Part shown: positions 15,001 to 29,455 of the stretch, piece by piece | How positions within the stretch are numbered: position 1 is the stretch's first letter | Layout: every line of letters begins with the position of its first letter | Assembly (NCBI GenBank): GCA_964016885.1 | Contig: OZ024741.1 | Coordinates: 25,172,001 to 25,236,000 of the forward strand | Direction of reading: 5' to 3' | DNA length: 64,000 bases | Source: Eledone cirrhosa | Taxonomy: Eukaryota | Position numbers and translations under genes: made by a program | The notes under the pieces: model-generated | Databases searched by the model: none | What the model was told of the DNA's origin: nothing | The model's input: the letters and a program-made list of their open reading frames with translations, nothing else

Positions 15001-18000
15001 GTGTTTTATTAGAAATATGGTAATGAAAGGGTTAAACAACATAGACAGTGTCTTTTATTAGAAATATGGTAATGAAAGGGTTAAACAACATAGACAGTAT
15101 CTTTTATTAGAAATATGGTAATGAAAGAGTTAAACAACATAGACAGTGTCTTTTATTAGAAATATGGTAATGAAAGGGTTAAACAACATAGTGTCTTCTA
15201 TTAGAAATATGATAATAAAAGGGTTAAACAACATAGACAGTGTCTTTTATTAGAAATATGGTAATGAAAGGGTTAAAGAACATAGACAGGGTTTTTTATT
15301 AGAAATATGGTAATGAAAGGGTTAAACAAAAAATATGGTAATGAAAAGTTTAAACAACATAGACAGTGTCTTTTATTAGAAATATGATAATGAAAGGGTT
15401 AAACAACATAGACAGTGTCTGTTATTAGAAATATTGTAATGAAAGGGTTAAACAACATAGACAGTGTGTTTTATTAGATATATGGTAATGAAAGGGTTAA
15501 ACAACATAGACAGTGTGTTTTATTAGAAATATGGTAATGAAAGGGTTAAACAACATAGACAGTATCTTTTATTAGAAATATGGTAATGAAAGGGTTCAAC
15601 AACATAGACAGTGTCTTTTATTAGAAATATGGTAATGAAAGGGTTAAACAACATAGACAGTGTCTTTTATTAGAAATATGGTAATGAAAGGGTTAAACAA
15701 CATAGACAGTGTCTTTTATTAGAAATATGGTAATGAAAGAGTTAAACAACATAGACAGTGTCTTTTATTAGAAATATGGTAATGAAAGGGTTAAACAACA
15801 TAGACAGTGTCTTTTATTAGAAATATGGTAATGAAAGGCTTAAACAACATAGTCAGTGTCTTTTATTAGAAATATGGTAATGAAAGAGTTAAACAACATA
15901 GACAGTGTCTTTTATTAGAAATATGGTAATGAAAGGGTTAAACAACAAATATGGTAATGAAAAGGTTAAACAACATAGACAGTGTCTTTTATTAGAAATA
16001 TGATAATGAAAGTGTTAAACAACATAGACAGTGTCTTTTATTAGAAATATGGTAATGAAAGGGTTAAACAACATAGACAGTGTCTTTTATTAGAAATATG
16101 GTAATGAAAGGCTTAAACAACATAGTCAGTGTCTTTTATTAGAAATATGGTAATGAAAGAGTTAAACAACATAGACAGTGTCTTTTATTAGAAATATGGT
16201 AATGAAAGGGTTAAACAACAAATATGGTAATGAAAAGGTTAAACAACATAGACAGTGTCTTTTATTAGAAATATGGTAATGAAAGGGTTAAACAACATAG
16301 ACAGTGTCTTTTATTAGAAATATGATAATGAAAGGGTTAAACAACATAGACAGTGTGTTTTATTAGAAATATGGTAATGAAAGGGTTAAACAACATAGAC
16401 AGTGTCTTTTATTAGAAATATGGTAATGAAAGGGTTAAACAACATAGACAGTATCTTTTATTAGAAATATGGTAATGAAAGAGTTAAACAACATAGACAG
16501 TGTCTTTTATTAGAAATATGGTAATGAAAGGGTTAAACAACAAATATGGTAATGAAAAGGTTAAACAACATAGACAGTGTCTTTTATTAGAAATATGATA
16601 ATGAAAGGGTTAAACAATATAGACAGTGTCTTTTATTAGAAATATGATAATGAAAGGGTTAAACAACATAGACAGTGTCTTTTATTAGAAATATGGTAAT
16701 GAAAGGGTTAAACAACATAGACAGTGTCTTTTATTAGAAATATGGTAATGAAAGGGTTAAACAACATAGACAGTGTCTTTTATTAGAAATATGGTAATGA
16801 AAGGGTTAAACAACATAGACAGTGTCTTTTATTAGAAATATGGTAATGAAAGGGTTAAACAACATAGATAGTGTCTTTTATTAGAAATATGGTAATGAAA
16901 GGGTTAAACAACATAGACAGTGTCTTTTATTAGAAATATGATAATGAAAGGGTTAAACAACATAGACAGTGTCTTTTATTAGAAATAGGGTAATGAAAGG
17001 GTTAAACAACATAGACAGTGTCTTTTATTAGAAATAGGGTAATGAAAGGGTTAAACAACATAGACAGGGTTTTTTATTAGAAATATGATAATGAAAGGGT
17101 TAAACAACATAGACAGTGTCTTTTATTAGAAATATGGTAATGAAAGGGTTAAACAACATAGACAGGGTTTTTTATTAGAAATATGGTAATGAAAGGGTTA
17201 AACAACAAATATGGTAATGAAAAGGTTAAACAACATAGACAGTGTCTTTTATTAGAAATATGATAATGAAAGGGTTAAACAACATAGACAGTGTGTTTTA
17301 TTAGATATATGGTAATGAAAGGGTTAAACAACATAGACAGTGTGTTTTATTAGAAATATGGTAATGAAAGGGTTAAACAACATAGACAGTATCTTTTATT
17401 AGAAATATGGTAATGAAAGGGTTCAACAACATAGACAGTGTCTTTTATTATAAATATGGTAATGAAAGGGTTAAACAACATAGACAGTGTCTTTTATTAG
17501 AAATATGGTAATGAAAGGGTTAAACAACATAGACAGTGTCTTTTATTAGAAATATGGTAATGAAAGAGTTAAACAACATAGACAGTGTCTTTTATTAGAA
17601 ATATGGTAATGAAAGGGTTAAACAACATAGACAGTGTCTTTTATTAGAAATATGGTAATGAAAGGCTTAAACAACATAGTCAGTGTCTTTTATTAGAAAT
17701 ATGGTAATGAAAAAGTTAAACAACATAGACAGTGTCTTTTATTAGAAATATCTTAATGAAAGGGTTAAACAACAAATATGGTAATGAAAAGGTTAAACAA
17801 CATAGACAGTGTCTTTTATTAGAAATATGATAATGAAAGGGTTAAACAACATAGACAGTGTCTTTTATTAGAAATATGGTAATGAAAGGGTTAAACAACA
17901 TAGACAGTGTCTTTTATTAGAAATATGGTAATGAAAGGCTTAAACAACATAGTCAGTGTCTTTTATTAGAAATATGGTAATGAAAGGGTTAAACAACATA

Positions 18001-21000
18001 GACAGTATCTTTTATTAGAAATATGGTAATGAAAGAGTTAAACAACATAGACAGTGTCTTTTATTAGAAATATGGTAATGAAAGGGTTAAACAACAAATA
18101 TGGTAATGAAAAGGTTAAACAACATAGACAGTGTCTTTTATTAGAAATATGATAATGAAAGTGTTAAACAACATAGACAGTGTCTTTTATTAGAAATATG
18201 GTAATGAAAGGGTTAAACAACATAGACAGTGTCTTTTATTAGCAATATGGTAATGAAAGGCTTAAACAACATAGTCAGTGTCTTTTATTAGAAATATGGT
18301 AATGAAAGAGTTAAACAACATAGACAGTGTCTTTTATTAGAAATATGGTAATGAAAGGGTTAAACAACAAATATGGTAATGAAAAGGTTAAACAACATAG
18401 ACAGTGTCTTTTATTAGAAATATGGTAATGAAAGGGTTAAACAACATAGACAGTGTCTTTTATTAGAAATATTATAATGAAAGGGTTAAACAACATAGAC
18501 AGTGTGTTTTATTAGAAATATGGTAATGAAAGGGTTAAACAACATAGACAGTGTCTTTTATTAGAAATATGGTAATGAAAGGGTTAAACAACATAGACAG
18601 TATCTTTTATTAGAAATATGGTAATGAAAGAGTTAAACAACATAGACAGTGTCTTTTATTAGAAATATGGTAATGAAAGGGTTAAACAACAAATATGGTA
18701 ATGAAAAGGTTAAACAACATAGACAGTGTCTTTTATTAGAAATATGATAATGAAAGGGTTAAACAATATAGACAGTGTCTCTTATTAGAAATATGATAAT
18801 GAAAGGGTTAAACAACATAGACAGTGTCTTTTATTAGAAATATGGTAATGAAAGGGTTAAACAACATAGACAGTGTCTTTTATTAGAAATATGGTAATGA
18901 AAGGGTTAAACAACATAGACAGTGTCTTTTATTAGAAATATGGTAATGAAAGGGTTAAACAACATAGACAGTGTCTTTTATTAGAAATATGGTAATGAAA
19001 GGGTTAAACAACATAGATAGTGTCTTTTATTAGAAATATGGTAATGAAAGGGTTAAACAACATAGACAGTGTCTTTTATTAGAAATATGATAATGAAAGG
19101 GTTAAACAACATAGACAGTGTCTTTTATTAGAAATAGGGTAATGAAAGGGTTAAACAACATAGACAGTGTCTTTTATTAGAAATAGGGTAATGAAAGGGT
19201 TAAACAACATAGACAGGGTTTTTTATTAGAAATATGATAATGAAAGGGTTAAACAACATAGACAGTGTCTTTTATTAGAAATATGGTAATGAAAGGGTTA
19301 AACAACATAGACAGGGTTTTTTATTAGAAATATGGTAATGAAAGGGTTAAACAACAAATATGGTAATGAAAAGGTTAAACAACATAGACAGTGTCTTTTA
19401 TTAGAAATATGATAATGAAAGGGTTAAACAACATAGACAGTGTGTTTTATTAGATATATGGTAATGAAAGGGTTAAACAACATAGACAGTGTGTTTTATT
19501 AGAAATATGGTAATGAAAGGGTTAAACAACATAGACAGTATCTTTTATTAGAAATATGGTAATGAAAGGGTTCAACAACATAGACAGTGTCTTTTATTAT
19601 AAATATGGTAATGAAAGGGTTAAACAACATAGACAGTGTCTTTTATTAGAAATATGGTAATGAAAGGGTTAAACAACATAGACAGTGTCTTTTATTAGAA
19701 ATATGGTAATGAAAGAGTTAAACAACATAGACAGTGTCTTTTATTAGAAATATGGTAATGAAAGGGTTAAACAACATAGACAGTGTCTTTTATTAGAAAT
19801 ATGGTAATGAAAGGCTTAAACAACATAGTCAGTGTCTTTTATTAGAAATATGGTAATGAAAGAGTTAAACAACATAGACAGTGTCTTTTATTAGAAATAT
19901 CTTAATGAAAGGGTTAAACAACAAATATGGTAATGAAAAGGTTAAACAACATAGACAGTGTCTTTTATTAGAAATATGATAATGAAAGGGTTAAACAACA
20001 TAGACAGTGTCTTTTATTAGAAATATGGTAATGAAAGGGTTAAACAACATAGACAGTGTCTTTTATTAGAAATATGGTAATGAAAGGCTTAAACAACATA
20101 GTCAGTGTCTTTTATTAGAAATATGGTAATGAAAGGGTTAAACAACATAGACAGTATCTTTTATTAGAAATATGGTAATGAAAGAGTTAAACAACATAGA
20201 CAGTGTCTTTTATTAGAAATATGGTAATGAAAGGGTTAAACAACAAATATGGTAATGAAAAGGTTAAACAACATAGACAGTGTCTTATATTAGAAATATG
20301 ATAATGAAAGGGTTAAACAACATAGACAGTGTCTTTTATTAGAAATATGGTAATGAAAGGGTTAAACAACATAGACAGTGTCTTTTATTAGAAATATGGT
20401 AATGAAAGGCTTAAACAACATAGTCAGTGTCTTTTATTAGAAATATGGTAATGAAAGAGTTAAACAACATAGACAGTGTCTTTTATTAGAAATATGGTAA
20501 TGAAAGGGTTAAAAAACAAATATGGTAATGAAAAGGTTAAACAACATAGACAGTGTCTTTTATTAGAAATATGGTAATGAAAGGGTTAAACAACATAGAC
20601 AGTGTCTTTTATTAGAAATATGATAATGAAAGGGTTAAACAACATAGACAGTGTGTTTTATTAGAAATATGGTAATGAAAGGGTTAAACAACATAGACAG
20701 TGTCTTTTATTAGAAATATGGTAATGAAAGGGTTAAACAACATAGACAGTATCTTTTATTAGAAATATGGTAATGAAAGAGTTAAACAACATAGACAGTG
20801 TCTTTTATTAGAAATATGGTAATGAAAGGGTTAAACAACATAGACAGTGTCTTTTATTAGAAATAGGGTAATGAAAGGGTTAAACAACATAGTGTCTTCC
20901 ATTAGAAATATGATAATGAAATGGTTAAACAACATACACAGTGTCTTTTATTAGAAATATGATAATGAAAGGGTTAAACAACATAGGCAGTGTCTTTTAT

Positions 21001-24000
21001 TAGAAATAGGGTAATGAAAGGGTTAAACAACATAGTGTCTTCTATTAGAAATATGATAATGAAAGGGTTAAACAACATAGACAGTGTCTTTTATTAGAAA
21101 TATGGTAATGAAAGGGTTAAACAACATAGACAGTGTCTTTTATTAGAAATAGGGTAATGAAAGGGTTAAACAACATAGACAGGGTTTTTTATTAGAAATA
21201 TGATAATGAAAGGGTTAAACAACATAGACAGTGTCTTTTATTAGAAATATGGTAATGAAAGGGTTAAACAACATAGACAGGGTTTTTTATTAGAAATATG
21301 GTAATGAAAGGGTTAAACAACAAATATGGTAATGAAAAGGTTAAACAACATAGACAGTGTCTTTTATTAGAAATATGATAATGAAAGGGTTAAACAACAT
21401 AGACAGTGTGTTTCATTAGATATATGGTAATGAAAGGGTTAAACAACATAGACAGTGTGTTTTATTAGAAATATGGTAATGAAAGGGTTAAACAACATAG
21501 ACAGTATCTTTTATTAGAAATATGGTAATGAAAGGGTTCAACAACATAGACAGTGTCTTTTATTATAAATATGGTAATGAAAGGGTTAAACAACATAGAC
21601 AGTGTCTTTTATTAGAAATATGGTAATGAAAGGGTTAAACAACATAGACAGTGTCTTTTATTAGAAATATGGTAATGAAAGAGTTAAACAACATAGACAG
21701 TGTCTTTTATTAGAAATATGGTAATGAAAGGGTTAAACAACATAGACAGTGTCTTTTATTAGAAATATGGTAATGAAAGGCTTAAACAACATAGTCAGTG
21801 TCTTTTATTAGAAATATGGTAATGAAAGAGTTAAACAACATAGACAGTGTCTTTTATTAGAAATATGGTAATGAAAGGGTTAAACAACAAATATGGTAAT
21901 GAAAAGGTTAAACAACATAGACAGTGTCTTTTATTAGAAATATGATAATGAAAGGGTTAAACAACATAGACAGTGTCTTTTATTAGAAATATGGTAATGA
22001 AAGGCTTAAACAACATAGTCAGTGTCTTTTATTAGAAATATGGTAATGAAAGAGTTAAACAACATAGACAGTGTCTTTTATTAGAAATATGGTAATGAAA
22101 GGGTTAAACAACAAATATGGTAATGAAAAGGTTAAACAACATAGACAGTGTCTTTTATTAGAAATATGGTAATGAAAGGGTTAAACAACATAGACAGTGT
22201 CTTTTATTAGAAATATGATAATGAAAGGGATAAACAACATAGACAGTGTGTTTTATTAGAAATATGGTAATGAAAGGGTTAAACAACATAGACAGTGTCT
22301 TTTATTAGAAATATGGTAATGAAAGGGTTAAACAACATAGACAGTATCTTTTATTAGAAATATGGTAATGAAAGAGTTAAACAACATAGACAGTGTCTTT
22401 TATTAGAAATATGGTAATGAAAGGGTTAAACAACAAATATGGTAATGAAAAGGTTAAACAACATAGACAGTGTCTTTTATTAGAAATATGATAATGAAAG
22501 GGTTAAACATTATAGACAGTGTCTTTTATTAGAAATATGGTAATGAAAGGGTTAAACAACATAGACAGTGTCTTTTATTAGAAATATGGTAATGAAAGGG
22601 TTAAACAACATAGACAGTGTCTTTTATTAGAAATATGGTAATGAAAGGGTTAAACAACATAGACAGTATCTTTTATTAGAAATATGGTAATGAAAGAGTT
22701 AAACAACATAGACAGTGTCTTTTATTAGAAATATGGTAATGAAAGGGTTAAACAACAAATATGGTAATGAAAAGGTTAAACAACATAGACAGTGTCTTTT
22801 ATTAGAAATATGATAATGAAAGGGTTAAACAATATAGACAGTGTCTTTTATTAGAAATATGATAATGAAAGGGTTAAACAACATAGACAGTGTCTTTTAT
22901 TAGAAATAGGGTAATGAAAGGGTTAAACAACATAGACAGGGTTTTTTATTAGAAATATGATAATGAAAGGGTTAAACAACATAGACAGTGTCTTTTATTA
23001 GAAATATGGTAATGAAAGGGTTAAACAACATAGACAGTGTCTTTTATTAGAAATATGGTAATGAAAGGGTTAAACAACATAGACAGTATCTTTTATTAGA
23101 AATATGGTAATGAAAGGGTTAAACAACATAGACAGTGTCTTTTATTAGAAATATGGTAATGAAAGGGTTAAACAACATAGACAGTGTCTTTTATTAGAAA
23201 TATGATAATGAAAGGGTTAAACAACATAGACAGTGTCTTTTATTAGAAATAGGGTAATGAAAGGGTTAAACAACATAGTGTCTTCTATTAGAAATATGAT
23301 AATGAAAGGGTTAAACAACATAGACAGTGTCTTTTATTAGAAATATGGTAATGAAAGGGTTAAACAACATAGACAGTGTCTTTTATTAGAAATAGGGTAA
23401 TGAAAGGGTTAAACAACATAGACAGGGTTTTTTATTAGAAATATGATAATGAAAGGGTTAAACAACATAGACAGTGTCTTTTATTAGAAATATGGTAATG
23501 AAAGGGTTAAACAACATAGACAGGGTTTTTTATTAGAAATATGGTAATGAAAGGGTTAAACAACAAATATGGTAATGAAAAGGTTAAACAACATAGACAG
23601 TGTCTTTTATTAGAAATATGATAATGAAAGGGTTAAACAACATAGACAGTGTGTTTTATTAGATATATGGTAATGAAAGGGTTAAACAACATAGACAGTG
23701 TCTTTTATTAGAAATATGGTAATGAAAGGGTTAAACAACATAGACAGTATCTTTTATTAGAAATATGGTAATGAAAGGGTTCAACAACATAGACAGTGTC
23801 TTTTATTATAAATATGGTAATGAAAGGGTTAAACAACATAGACAGTGTCTTTTATTAGAAATATGGTAATGAAAGGGTTAAACAACATAGACAGTGTCTT
23901 TTATTAGAAATATGGTAATGAAAGAGTTAAACAACATAGACAGTGTCTTTTATTAGAAATATGGTAATGAAAGGGTTAAACAACATAGACAGTGTCTTTT

Positions 24001-27000
24001 ATTAGAAATATGGTAATGAAAGGCTTAAACAACATAGTCAGTGTCTTTTATTAGAAATATGGTAATGAAAGAGTTAAACAACATAGACAGTGTCTTTTAT
24101 TAGAAATATGGTAATGAAAGGGTTAAACAACAAATATGGTAATGAAAAGGTTAAACAACATAGACAGTGTCTTTTATTAGAAATATGATAATGAAAGGGT
24201 TAAACAACATAGACAGTGTCTTTTATTAGAAATATGGTAATGAAAGGCTTAAACAACATAGTCAGTGTCTTTTATTAGAAATATGGTAATGAAAGAGTTA
24301 AACAACATAGACAGTGTCTTTTATTAGAAATATGGTAATGAAAGGGTTAAACAACAAATATGGTAATGAAAAGGTTAAACAACATAGACAGTGTCTTTTA
24401 TTAGAAATATGGTAATGAAAGGGTTAAACAACATAGACAGTGTCTTTTATTAGAAATATGATAATGAAAGGGATAAACAACATAGACAGTGTGTTTTATT
24501 AGAAATATGGTAATGAAAGGGTTAAACAACATAGACAGTGTCTTTTATTAGAAATATGGTAATGAAAGGGTTAAACAACATAGACAGTATCTTTTATTAG
24601 AAATATGGTAATGAAAGAGTTAAACAACATAGACAGCGTCTTTTATTAGAAATATGGTAATGAAAGGGTTAAACAACAAATATGGTAATGAAAAGGTTAA
24701 ACAACATAGACAGTGTCTTTTATTAGAAATATGATAATGAAAGGGTTAAACTTTATAGACAGTGTCTTTTATTAGAAATATGGTAATGAAAGGGTTAAAC
24801 AACATAGACAGTGTCTTTTATTAGAAATATGGTAATGAAAGGGTTAAACAACATAGACAGTGTCTTTTATTAGAAATATGGTAATGAAAGGGTTAAACAT
24901 CATAGACAGTGTCTTTTATTAGAAATATGATAATGAAAGGGTTAAACAACATAGACAGTGTCTTTTATTAGAAATAGGGTAATGAAAGGGTTAAACAACA
25001 TAGTGTCTTCTATTAGAAATATGATAATGAAAGGGTTAAACAACATAGACAGTGTCTTTTATTAGAAATATGGTAATGAAAGGGTTAAACAACATAGACA
25101 ATGTCTTTTATTAGAAATATGGTAATGAAAGGGTTAAACAACATAGACAGGGTTTTTTATTAGAAATATGATAATGAAAGGGTTAAACAACATAGACAGT
25201 GTCTTTTATTAGAAATATGGTAATGAAAGGGTTAAACAACATAGACAGGGTTTTTTATTAGAAATATGGTAATGAAAGGGTTAAACAAAAAATATGGTAA
25301 TGAAAAGGTTAAACAACATAGACAGTGTCTTTTATTAGAAATATGATAATGAAAGGGTTAAACAACATAGACAGTGTCTGTTATTAGAAATATGGTAATG
25401 AAAGGGTTAAACAACATAGACAGTGTGTTTTATTAGATATATGGTAATGAAAGGGTTAAACAACATAGACAGTGTGTTTTATTAGAAATATGGTAATGAA
25501 AGGGTTAAACAACATAGACAGTGTCTTTTATTAGAAATATGGTAATGAAAGGGTTCAACAACATAGACAGTGTCTTTTATTAGAAATATGGTAATGAAAG
25601 GGTTAAACAACATAGACAGTGTCATTTATTAGAAATATGGTAATGAAAGGGTTAAACAACATAGACAGTGTCTTTTATTAGAAATATGGTAATGAAAGAG
25701 TTAAACAACATAGACAGTGTCTTTTATTAGAAATATGGTAATGAAAGGGTTAAACAACATAGACAGTGTCTTTTATTAGAAATATGGTAATGAAAGGCTT
25801 AAACAACATAGTCAGTGTTTTTTATTAGAAATATGGTAATGAAAGAGTTAAACAACATAGACAGTGTCTTTTATTAGAAATATGGTAATGAAAGGGTTAA
25901 ACAACAAATATGGTAATGAAAAGGTTAAACAACATAGACAGTGTCTTTTATTAGAAATATGATAATGAAAGGGTTAAACAACATAGACAGTGTCTTTTAT
26001 TAGAAATATGGTAATGAAAGGGTTAAACAACATAGACAGTGTCTTTTGTTAGAAATATGGTAATGAAAGGCTTAAACAACATAGTCAGTGTCTTTTATTA
26101 GAAATATGGTAATGAAAGAGTTAAACAACATAGACAGTGTCTTTTATTAGAAATATGGTAATGAAAGGGTTAAACAACAAATATGGTAATGAAAAGGTTA
26201 AACAACATAGACAGTGTCTTTTATTAGAAATATGGTAATGAAAGGGTTAAACAACATAGACAGTGTCTTTTATTAGAAATATGGTAATGAAAGGGTTAAA
26301 CAACATAGACAGTATCTTTTATTAGAAATATGGTAATGAAAGAGTTAAACAACATAGACAGTGTCTTTTATTAGAAATATGGTAATGAAAGGGTTAAACA
26401 ACATAGACAGCGTCTTTTATTAGAAATATGGTAATGAAAGGGTTAAACAACATAGTCAGTGTCTTTTATTAGAAATATGGTAATGAAAGAGTTAAACAAC
26501 ATAGACAGTGTCTTTTATTAGAAATATGGTAATGAAAGGGTTAAACAACAAATATGGTAATGAAAAGGTTAAACAACATAGACAGTGTCTTTTATTAGAA
26601 ATATGATAATGAAAGGGTTAAACATTATAGACAGTGTCTTTTATTAGAAATATGGTAATGAAAGGGTTAAACAACATAGACAGTGTCTTTTATTAGAAAT
26701 ATGGTAATGAAAGGGTTAAACAACATAGACAGTGTCTTTTATTAGAAATAGGGTAATGAAAGGGTTAAACAACATAGTGTCTTCCATTAGAAATATGATA
26801 ATGAAAGGGTTAAACAACATACACAGTGTCTTTTATTAGAAATATGGTAATGAAAGGGTTAAACAACATAGACAATGTCTTTTATTAGAAATAGGGTAAT
26901 GAAAGGGTTAAACAACATAGACAGGGTTTTTTATTAGAAATATGATAATGAAAGGGTTAAACAACATAGACAGTGTCTTTTATTAGAAATATGGTAATGA

Positions 27001-28912
27001 AAGGGTTAAACAACATAGACAGGGTTTTTTATTAGAAATATGGTAATGAAAGGGTTAAACAAAAAATATGGTAATGAAAAGGTTAAACAACATAGACAGT
27101 GTCTTTTATTAGAAATATGATAATGAAAGGGTTAAACAACATAGACAGTGTCTGTTATTAGAAATATGGTAATGAAAGGGTTAAACAACATAGACAGTGT
27201 GTTTTATTAGATATATGGTAATGAAAGGGTTAAAGAACATAGACAGTGTGTTTTATTAGAAATATGGTAATGAAAGGGTTAAACAACATAGACAGTATCT
27301 TTTATTAGAAATATGGTAATGAAAGGGTTAAACAACATAGACAGTGTCTTTTATTAGAAATATGGTAATGAAAGGGTTAAACAACATAGACAGTGTCATT
27401 TATTAGAAATATGGTAATGAAAGGGTTAAACAACATAGACAGTGTCTTTTATTAGAAATATGGTAATGAAAGAGTTAAACAACATAGACAGTGTCTTTTA
27501 TTAGAAATATGGTAATGAAAGGGTTAAACAACATAGACAGTGTCTTTTATTAGAAATATGGTAATGAAAGGGTTAAACAACAAATATGGTAATGAAAAGG
27601 TTAAACAACATAGACAGTGTCTTTTATTAGAAATATGATAATGAAAGGGTTAAACAACATAGACAGTGTCTTTTATTAGAAATATGGTAATGAAAGGGTT
27701 AAACAACATAGACAGTGTCTTTTATTAGAAATATGGTAATGAAAGGCTTAAACAACATAGTCAGTGTCTTTTATTAGAAATATGGTAATGAAAGAGTTAA
27801 ACAACACAGACAGTGTCTTTTATTAGAAATATGGTAATGAAAGGGTTAAACAACAAATATGGTAAAGAAAAGGTTAAACAACATAGACAGTGTCTTTTAT
27901 TAGAAATATGGTAATGAAAGAGTTAAACAACATAGACAGTGTCTTTTATTAGAAATATGGTAATGAAAGGGTTAAACAACAAATATGGTAATGAAAAGGT
28001 TAAACAACATAGACAGTGTCTTTTATTAGAAATATGATAATGAAAGGGTTAAACAACATAGACAGTGTCTTTTATTAGAAATATGGTAATGAAAGGGTTA
28101 AACAACATAGACAGTGTCTTTTATTAGAAATATGGTAATGAAAGGCTTAAACAACATAGTCAGTGTCTTTTATTAGAAATATGGTAATGAAAGAGTTAAA
28201 CAACATAGACAGTGTCTTTTATTAGAAATATGGTAATGAAAGGGTTAAACAACAAATATGGTAATGAAAAGGTTAAACAACATAGACAGTGTCTTTTATT
28301 AGAAATATGGTAATGAAAGGGTTAAACAACATAGACAGTGTCTTTTATTAGAAATATGATAATGAAAGGGTTAAACAACATAGACAGTGTGTTTTATTAG
28401 AAATATGGTAATGAAAGGGTTAAACAACATAGACAGTGTCTTTTATTAGAAATATGGTAATGAAAGGGTTAAACAACATAGACAGTATCTTTTATTAGAA
28501 ATATGGTAATGAAAGAGTTAAACAACATAGACAGTGTCTTTTATTAGAAATATGGTAATGAAAGGGTTAAACAACAAATATGGTAACGAAAAGGTTAAAC
28601 AACATAGACAGTGTCTTTTATTAGAAATATGATAATGAAAGGGTTAAACAATATAGACAGTGTCTTTTATTAGAAATATGGTAATGAAAGGGTTAAACAA
28701 CATAGACAGTGTCTTTTATTAGAAATATGGTAATGAAAGGCTTAAACAACATAGTCAGTGTCTTTTATTAGAAATATGGTAATGAAAGAGTTAAACAACA
28801 TAGACAGTGTCTTTTATTAGAAATATGGTAATGAAACGGTTAAACAACATAGACAGTGTCTTTTATTAGAAATATGGTAATGAAAGGCTTAAACAACATA
28901 GACAATGTCTTT
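1..28912. repeat. 49-bp AT-rich satellite array, roughly 600 monomers, truncated by the left window edge
   Basis: Consensus ACAGTGTCTTTTATTAGAAATATGGTAATGAAAGGGTTAAACAACATAG repeats head-to-tail from base 1. Monomers usually differ by 0-3 substitutions. Recurrent 28-bp (21-bp deletion) and 45-bp (4-bp deletion) variants occur. The last partial monomer GACAATGTCTTT ends at ~28912. Confidence 0.99.
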
Positions 28913-28974
28913 CATGTGTATGTGTCATGACATAAGTGTGTAAAGAAGAAGGTAGTATAATGGTGAATAGATTG

Positions 28975-29300
28975 GTTACAGCTCACCACCTATGGTGGTA
29001 ATAGGGAGGTATCTCTAGGGCCAAGGACACCAGAATGCTCCACTGCTAGGGGCATGACCTCAAACCTGTCAGAAAGTGATCGATACTTGGAGAGTTTGCC
29101 CTCCTCAGCTCAAAGTGCAGCAGAAACTGGGTTACTCGCAGACTGCACCAGGTTGCAGCTGGAGAAAGTGTCACTGCAAGTGGCATCCCAGATGAGTGGT
29201 TTGCCACCATGGAATGGGAAGATGGTCATACCATCTGGCCTTTTGCCAGCCACACCGGCTCGAGCTGGGAGGGGAAGCCTGCAGCATCCAAGCCATGATA
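28975..29300 (-). mobile_element. Decayed C-terminal restriction-like (PD-(D/E)xK) endonuclease fragment of a CRE-clade non-LTR retrotransposon
   Basis: Manual minus-strand translation gives GLDAAGFPSQLEPV, a frameshift, then GKRPDGMTIFPFHGGKPLIWDATCSDTFSSCNLVQSASNPVSAAL*AEEGKLSKYRSLSDRFEVMPLAVEHSGVLGP. This follows the CRE-type motif order PSxLEP / KRPDG / LxWDxTxxDT / AAxxAExxKxxKY / PxAVExxGxxG. There is an in-frame TGA at 29112-29110 and no RT domain is visible. Confidence 0.85.
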
Positions 29301-29455
29301 GGAGAGTCATGGTCCCTTAGCTTAATATTTTAAAGCACCTAGCCAGTATCTAGGCGATATGGAGTTCAATTCCTTGTAGAGGCAAATGGCAACTTCTTTT
29401 CTGTCTTTAAGGGTCTTCACTCCATTTTATAGCATTATCAACATAATTTTGTTTC

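Noticed and set aside
1-28912. CRISPR-like regular repeat
   Set aside because: Monomers are directly adjacent with no unique spacers, no cas genes are present, and the context is eukaryotic.
29054-29320. 88-aa plus-strand ORF
   Set aside because: It is the antisense shadow of the retrotransposon endonuclease fragment and has no recognisable motifs.
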